Source: Eledone cirrhosa (taxonomy: Eukaryota). From it: a stretch of DNA of 64,000 nt. The stretch is from contig OZ024762.1 in the NCBI GenBank assembly GCA_964016885.1, forward strand, positions 26,164,001-26,228,000, written 5' to 3'. Under the pieces are notes generated by a model, which made no database searches, was not told the origin of the DNA, and was given only the letters and a program-made list of their open reading frames with translations. Below, in pieces: positions 56,744 to 64,000 of this stretch. A program made the position numbers and the translations under genes. Within the stretch, counting starts at the first letter, position 1. Each line of letters begins with the position of its first letter.

Positions 56744-56804
56744 TTTCATTCTGATGACTGAAAGCAAATTTTGTTTGCTTTCAAGAAACCACTGGTAAAT
56801 GAAA
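56744..56804 (+). ncRNA. Type-I hammerhead (family F)
   Basis: TTTCATT-CTGATGA-C-TGAAAGCAAA(TTTTG)TTTGCTTTCA-A-GAAA-CCACTGG-TA-AATGAAA: 7-bp stem I, 10-bp stem II, GUA triplet. Confidence 0.88.
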
Positions 56805-56845
56805 TAATTATCTTATGTTGTTTATTACATAACTATATATATATA

Positions 56846-56985
56846 TTTCGTTTCTGAATTTGTTTAGCAAGATTCTTTATCTGAAATCGTGTGTTGAAAC
56901 CGATATTGTTATACTTTGGGAGGGTCATGTTGCCAATAAGAAATACACGCACCATAGCTTTCACTTCAATATATTATAATAAATT
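56846..56985 (-). mobile_element. PLE family A extreme 3' stub
   Basis: Matches 28098-28235. Confidence 0.85.
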
Positions 56986-57154
56986 TATTATAATAAATTG
57001 AACCGTTAAGATCTTCTTACTGGTTATGTCAATATTTATAAAACAAACTTTGTATTTTATCTGATGAAGGCGTACCAAAGTTTTGGTAAACTTGAAATAT
57101 ATATAAAAGAACAAATATGGTTTTATAAATATAGTTTCCATTTATTAATATCAT

Positions 57155-57194
<40 letters not shown>

Positions 57195-57443
57195 GTAACT
57201 CTCAAGATTCACACGTGCTTCCATCTGTGATCAAATATAAATTTTCCCTTTCATTCTTCCGTTACATTTTTTTTTTCTATTTCTTCCGCTTCTAAATTTC
57301 GATGAGGGACTTTCGCCCGAAAGTAATATATACCACAATTTTACTCTCTCCGTGTGGTTTTTTTCATGTTGACGATTCGTATACAACTACTCCTTGTATA
57401 TTTATAAATACATACATATATATATCAATATATATATATATAT

Positions 57444-57508
<65 letters not shown>

Positions 57509-57509
57509 T

Positions 57510-57559
<50 letters not shown>

Positions 57560-57563
57560 ATAT

Positions 57564-57907
<344 letters not shown>

Positions 57908-57945
57908 ATATAATAACTTGTGTGTTACACCTCTATTCTTCTAAC

Positions 57946-58006
<61 letters not shown>

Positions 58007-58048
58007 GTTTACCAATATATATATATATATATATATATATTCCGTTTA

Positions 58049-58100
<52 letters not shown>

Positions 58101-58314
58101 CGAAACAACATAAATTGACCAACATATGAACGCAAAACGTTAGACATTTCTATACTATATACGTGTATTCTGTCATTACCACAGCAGAGGTCCGACGAAC
58201 TCTTGATTCCAGAGTCGATACAGATCGCACCTTGAGCTGATCAATAGCGGAACGCGTCTCACCAATCAATAAACGTAATGTAAGATTAACAAATCGTCCT
58301 TATATTATTATAAT

Positions 58315-58351
<37 letters not shown>

Positions 58352-58424
58352 AATGAGTTAATTGGTTTGTTGATTATTCAATTATTAACAGATTAGAAGC
58401 ACGCAACAAGTTTTATCCGGAGTA

Positions 58425-58735
58425 TCATTGATATCAATAATATTAATAAATATATATACATATATATTAATAATATTAATAAATGGAAAATATCTTTATA
58501 AAACCATATTTATTTTATTATACGTATTTCGAGTGTACTAATATTTTAGTACGCTTTCGTCAGATAAAATATAGTAATTGGTGTAAAGATAGTAACATAT
58601 CTTCATGTGAACTTCATGACTATAATTACTATATTTTATCTGACAAAAGCGTACTAAAATATTAGTTCACTTGAAATACGTATAGTAAAATAAATATGGT
58701 TTTATAAAAATATTTTCCATTTATTAATATTATTG

Positions 58736-58740
<5 letters not shown>
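58425..58740. repeat. Head-to-head inverted pair of family C pLTR ends with hammerheads (58511-58571 minus, intact core; 58632-58692 plus, mutated)
   Basis: Minus strand TATTTTAT-CTGACGA-..GTACTAA(AATA)TTAGTAC..-GAAA-TACGTA-TA-ATAAAATA. Confidence 0.85.
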
Positions 58741-58814
<74 letters not shown>

Positions 58815-59320
58815 GTCTGTGTGTCTGTCTGAGTGTGTCTTTGTGTGTGTTTTAAAATTCTGTGAAAAAATATAATACTCGTATCATCTGCGTGACTCGC
58901 TGCGATCTACTAAGTTTGTGGTTTAGTTTAGTAAGTTGATCGATCATTTTGGATGCTCGTCGTCGAGAGAGACGGGGGATCCATGATATAAATATTAAAC
59001 GATATGACCAGAATTTAATGAAGTAAAAATTATAACTCATATTCAATTAGATAACATTAATCACATCAACAATTATTCATAAATCTTATATTCTTAATTT
59101 GAATATGAAATCATATTAAATTATATTATAATATTTTTTTCAATATTATCTCATAATATTTAATTACAATATAGCAAATTTATTATTATATTTACTCTGG
59201 AGTCAATGATTTAGTGATACACGTTCAATAATTTACGAGGGAAAGAGAAATCCTTAAGATAGATAGGTGATGGTAACGTGAGAAATCTCCCGCAAATCAC
59301 AAACTACTACAGTCTTATGG

Positions 59321-59438
<118 letters not shown>

Positions 59439-59466
59439 ATAAGACTGTATATATATGTATGTATGA

Positions 59467-59513
<47 letters not shown>

Positions 59514-59966
59514 TGTATGTATGTATGTATGTATGTATGTATGTATGTATGTGGTAAATATCATCTTGGTTAAGAGAGTGGGACTGGCTTTGTGCAGTGC
59601 CTTTGCTCACTATAAAAGCTTCACGGCACAGGCATTGCTTTATATCTGGAGATCTCTCTGCATTTGTCGTCACATGGTACCATGGGCCCAGCACTATGTG
59701 TCAATAATTGTCACAAGTGTAGTGTTTGTACCAGAGCTTTCAAGTCGCTGGCTGGACTAAAAAGTCACACTCGTTCAGCGCATCAGTAGGGGTTCTCCTA
59801 CATGGATATAAAGTAGTGGCCGTACTCGAAAACGAGTTGGCAGCCACCATGTATGTATGTATGTATGTGTATATATATATATATATATATATGCATATAT
59901 GTATATATGAATATATATATGTATGTTTGTATATATGCATAAATATATATACACACATATATATAT

Positions 59967-60010
<44 letters not shown>

Positions 60011-60215
60011 TTGTTTGTGTGTGTATGCGTAGATATCTTTGAATGAGACAGAGAGGCATTGAGAGATATATACCTATATGGTAATTGAATCTGCTGTTAG
60101 AATTTCTGTCTAATAGATTACCGTCTTACACAAACGCTTTGATATATATATACATACATACATACATACATACATACATACATACATACATACATACATA
60201 CATACATACATACAT

Positions 60216-62801
60216 AAACGACAAGTGCTAAATAGATTGTTTGCCAGAGATCCTAAATCAGTTTAACGCAGCTTAGGTGGCAAAAGCTCAATCCCTGTAA
60301 ATGACACCCCTTCAAAAGAACAGGTTGAGAGCTACTGGAGATCTGTATGGGAAACGGATGACGGATTCAACAGACAAGCTAATTGGCTAAAAGAACTGGA
60401 ACAGGACTACTGCCAACATGTCCAGACAAAACAATATGACATAGATGGGTCAATACTGGAAACAGCTCTACAGAAAATGTTGAATAGGAAATCGCCAGGC
60501 CCAGACCTCATTACAGGATACTGGTTGAAGAATTTCCCTTTCTATCGGCAAGATCTCATACGGCTGTTTACAGAAACCATTAAAGGCACACAAGAACTGC
60601 CCAGATGGTTATCAACTGCCACTACTCTCCTCATTCCCCAAAATAGCCAAACCATCCTTGCTAAAAATTACCGCCCAATTGCCTGCCAAAACATCATGTA
60701 TAAATTATATACTGGGTGCCTTAACCTGTTCTTACAGGATCACTGTGCTACCAACAACATCATAACACCTGAGCAAGCTGGTGGAAAGAGGGAGGTGTGG
60801 GGTTGCATAGATCACCTACTAACTAACAAAATGATTCAGGAAAAAACAACAAAGAATCGCAGAAACATGACTGTGGTGTGGCTGGACTATCAAAAAGCAT
60901 TCGATAGTGTACCTCATGGGTGGATTATTAAGGCTTTACAGTTAGCTAAAGTCCCACAACCATTGGTAGCTGCTGTTGAACGCCTGACCAAGAACTGGTA
61001 CACCAATTTGATCCTTAGAGGTGAGAAGGAGCAGGTTAAGACTGATAAGATACATTACCAGAAGGGCATCTTTCAGGGTGATAGCTTGTCAGTGCTACTC
61101 TTCGTTCCCTCACTGAATCCACTATCTCACCTACTCAGGAAAGAAGGTGGACAAAGAAGTGGGCCCAGAAGTATCTCCCATCTTTTCTTTGTTGATGACC
61201 TGAAGTTGTATGGGCCAAATATCAATGACATCAAGAAACAATTGGACCTCATTACACAATTTTCAACCGACATCAAAATGAAATTTGGTGAGTCCAAGTG
61301 TGCATATTTGGCAGTAAAACGTGGAAGAGCTGTACCCTCCTCTAGAAATCTAGAGATGAACGGCCTGACAATACAACCTCTGCAGTCAGGTGACAACTAC
61401 AGATATCTTGGACAGGATGAGAATGTCAGATATGATGGACCCATAAATAAGGAGAGAACCAGAACTGAATACCTCAGAAGAGTAAAGAAAATATGGTCAT
61501 CAGAACTGTCAGCACACAACAAATACATTGCCCACAATACTTATGCTGTGCCAATTCTAACGCCAATATTTGGCCTACTGAACTGGTCATTGCAAGAACT
61601 AAGTGAGATGGATGTTAGAACTCGAAAACTTCTCAGTGTTACTGGGAACTTTAACATCAATGGTGATGTGGATAGGCTATACTTCTCACGCAATGAAGGT
61701 GGCCGGGGTCTAAAATCAATATTAACAACATATGAGACCCGGATAGTAACACTGAAGCAACACCTTCAACAGAGGAAAAAGGTTGGCAACCATCTTGCCC
61801 AGGTTTATGAGCATGAAAAAAGAAATATTATTAGAATAGCGACTGATCTGGAGGAGAGATATGGAATAAAGCCTGATATAAATCTCTCACCCAGAGAAAT
61901 CGGAAGATCCTATTCAATGTTCAAACAAGATAAAAAAATTGACCAATTTACAGAAAAAGTTGTGCATGGATACTTGAGGCGTAAAACACAGACCATAGAG
62001 GGGATAAACCACTCAAAAAGCCTGGCATGGAGTTCCGACAAGTTTATGACATCACACCTTGAGGGATATCTCTATGCAATACAGGAACAAGAACTCCCTA
62101 CCAAATATCTGCTGCACAAAAGAGGAGGGCCAGCAGCTGACAATAAATGTAGGATATGTAAAACAGAGATCGAGGATGTAAGCCACATTGTTGCCAGCTG
62201 CGAAAGAATGTCATCTCGCTACTACCTCCCCATGAGACACGATGGGATAGCTAGAACCATCTGGAACGCACTTCGGAAAACAAAATTAACAACAAACGAG
62301 GAAGAATATATTGAGACAGATGGCACTAAGGAATACTGGTGGAACCTGAAAATAAAAACTGCCACCAAATTAAAGCACAACCGGCCTGATATTGTAGTTT
62401 GGGACCACACATTGAAAACGTGTTCTGTTGTGGAGATCAGCTGCCCACTTGATGTAAACGTTGTCAGAAAAATACAGGAGAAGGAGGACATCTACGGACC
62501 ATTGATGAGGAGTTTACAAATCCAGTATCCAAGATACACCTTTAGCTTCATACCCATCATTATTGGTGCTACGGGTTATATACCAACCCGCTTGGACCAA
62601 AGTATGACTGAACTTGGATTTGCGGACAAAAAGCGCAGCTCCCTAATTCATAGTCTACAAATGGCTGCGATAGCTGGCACCTTCAAAATTTGCAAAACAT
62701 TCTTGCGATTCAAGGGATGACAATTTCTTTTCTTTTACAACCTTGCCACCAGGAAGGTGCCCGGTCAAAAAAATATACTCGAAATTAAGAGAAAGAGAAA
62801 A
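60216..62801 (+). mobile_element. 5'-truncated R4/Dong-like non-LTR retrotransposon inserted in (CATA)n
   Basis: RT + restriction-like endonuclease ORF and short 3' UTR. (TACA)n lies upstream and CATACATATATAC downstream. Confidence 0.88.
60477..62720 (+). CDS. Reverse transcriptase + restriction-like endonuclease (747-aa open remnant; the frame stays open upstream to ~60270)
   Basis: KSPGPD, NYRPIAC, WLDYQKAFDSVPH, GIFQGDSLS, FVDDLK, YRYLG, GGRGL, CRIC..HIVASC, RHD, HNRPDIVV, EISCP. Confidence 0.92.
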   Translation: MLNRKSPGPDLITGYWLKNFPFYRQDLIRLFTETIKGTQELPRWLSTATTLLIPQNSQTILAKNYRPIACQNIMYKLYTGCLNLFLQDHCATNNIITPEQAGGKREVWGCIDHLLTNKMIQEKTTKNRRNMTVVWLDYQKAFDSVPHGWIIKALQLAKVPQPLVAAVERLTKNWYTNLILRGEKEQVKTDKIHYQKGIFQGDSLSVLLFVPSLNPLSHLLRKEGGQRSGPRSISHLFFVDDLKLYGPNINDIKKQLDLITQFSTDIKMKFGESKCAYLAVKRGRAVPSSRNLEMNGLTIQPLQSGDNYRYLGQDENVRYDGPINKERTRTEYLRRVKKIWSSELSAHNKYIAHNTYAVPILTPIFGLLNWSLQELSEMDVRTRKLLSVTGNFNINGDVDRLYFSRNEGGRGLKSILTTYETRIVTLKQHLQQRKKVGNHLAQVYEHEKRNIIRIATDLEERYGIKPDINLSPREIGRSYSMFKQDKKIDQFTEKVVHGYLRRKTQTIEGINHSKSLAWSSDKFMTSHLEGYLYAIQEQELPTKYLLHKRGGPAADNKCRICKTEIEDVSHIVASCERMSSRYYLPMRHDGIARTIWNALRKTKLTTNEEEYIETDGTKEYWWNLKIKTATKLKHNRPDIVVWDHTLKTCSVVEISCPLDVNVVRKIQEKEDIYGPLMRSLQIQYPRYTFSFIPIIIGATGYIPTRLDQSMTELGFADKKRSSLIHSLQMAAIAGTFKICKTFLRFKG

Positions 62802-62941
62802 CATACATATATACATATATACATATATATAATCTGTTGAGCCAGTTGCTGGAAAACCACACTTTGTTGAACAATGGTCTAACCAGTTTCAAATTTAATC
62901 CATTTATACACACACACACACACACACAGACACACACACAA

Positions 62942-62982
<41 letters not shown>

Positions 62983-63085
62983 GTAACACAACAGTTAGTT
63001 CACCATACCTTAGCGGATCTTCAGCTCGTACTGCTACCACTTCCACCTAGGTGTTACTACTCTACCTAACTCGTCCCATGGACTG
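62983..63085. mobile_element. PLE family D pLTR stub, inverted plus forward pieces
   Basis: The minus strand CGAGCTGAAGATCCGCTAAGGT...ATGGTGAACTAACTGTTGTG and the plus strand ACTTCTACCTAACTCGTCCCATGGAC both match 14001-14092. Confidence 0.7.
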
Positions 63086-63127
63086 AGTGCTCTACCACTA
63101 CGGATATTACCTTCCAGTGTTCTACCC

Positions 63128-63173
<46 letters not shown>

Positions 63174-63532
63174 GACCATGGGGCGGTAAAAACCAGTTAG
63201 ACCATTAATCACCTGAGTACTTGATATTTGGGGTAGTAGAATGGGCAATATGAAAAATTCGGTACCCTGAGTTCGGATCTAGCCGTTGAGACGTCAGGAG
63301 CCTATCCGTCGGGGTCCTGAGTTGTTAGAGAACTTGATTAGCAATCGTGAGGGTGTCAGTTCGATTCCTGGACCAATCGATGCGTTATGTCCTTGAACAA
63401 GACACTTTATTTCACATTACTTTTTCTACCTGGAGTTGCGACCGATAGATAATATTAGCAATTGGGAAGACCAACACAAACATTGTTTCCTCGGTCCGAT
63501 TTGACGAAAGTGGATCGACTTCCTTATATATA

Positions 63533-63713
63533 CAGTGAAATTCCGTTATAACGAAAGTCGCGGAGTATAAAAAAATATTTCAATTCGTTGTAACGAAAAG
63601 TTCTTTATAACGAGATCGACCTCACACATCGAGCGTGTGGCTGGGGATTGAAAAAAGTTTCGTTATACAGAAACATTTGTTATAATGGTATTCGTTAAAA
63701 CGGAATTTTACCT
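63533..63713. mobile_element. Tigger/pogo-like MITE
   Basis: TA|CAGTGAAATTCCGTTATAACGA ... TCGTTAAAACGGAATTTTACC|TA imperfect TIRs, with internal CGTTATA(AC) repeats. Confidence 0.65.
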
Positions 63714-64000
63714 ATATATATACACAGACAGACACAGTAGCATTAGGTTAGCAATTGTAATACAAACACAATAAGTGAAGACGCCAAAGAAAACATATAG
63801 CGATTGCGTCATATATGAACATCAGATTCCCCCTCTTTGTTGCTCCCCTCATTCTCTTTCCCCCTCTCTTACCCACTTACCACTCCCCTCGTCTGTCTGT
63901 CTGACTTGCTTGTTGATTGGCTTGTTGACTTGTTAACTGGTTGACTTGTTCATTGGCTGGCTAACTGTGTAGTATTCTGTCGTATCGACCGTGTATTATC

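Larger units (their letters stand above)
55884..56835. repeat. Head-to-head inverted arms (~55884-56050, 56672-56835) carrying hammerhead family F
   Basis: The arms are diverged reverse complements. A SINE and microsatellites lie in the spacer. Confidence 0.85.

Overview
Eukaryotic, very (AT)n-rich, repeat-dominated DNA. The SINE families suggest a coleoid cephalopod, probably an octopod; this is an inference. No multi-exon host gene can be assembled, only a few candidate exons and a candidate promoter. Penelope-like retroelements (PLEs) dominate. There is one near full-length but inactivated RT + GIY-YIG copy (29143-33528), several truncated copies of the same family, and remnants of other PLE families. 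Also present: a decayed hAT (Charlie/Buster-type) transposon, a CRE-like and an R4/Dong-like non-LTR element with restriction-like endonuclease, a Tx1/L1-like fragment, RTE-X-like 3' ends, two tRNA-SINE families and a Tigger-like MITE. Two signals stand out. (1) About 20 type-I hammerhead ribozyme motifs from at least 8 distinct sequence families, several with a palindromic mini stem III and unusual core variants. (2) Almost every PLE remnant sits as a head-to-head inverted pair, with both 3' ends facing outward into (AT)n and ending at recurrent AATAT positions. Nearly all '[12 protein letters not shown]' ORFs are microsatellite artefacts. All identifications are by eye, without database searches.
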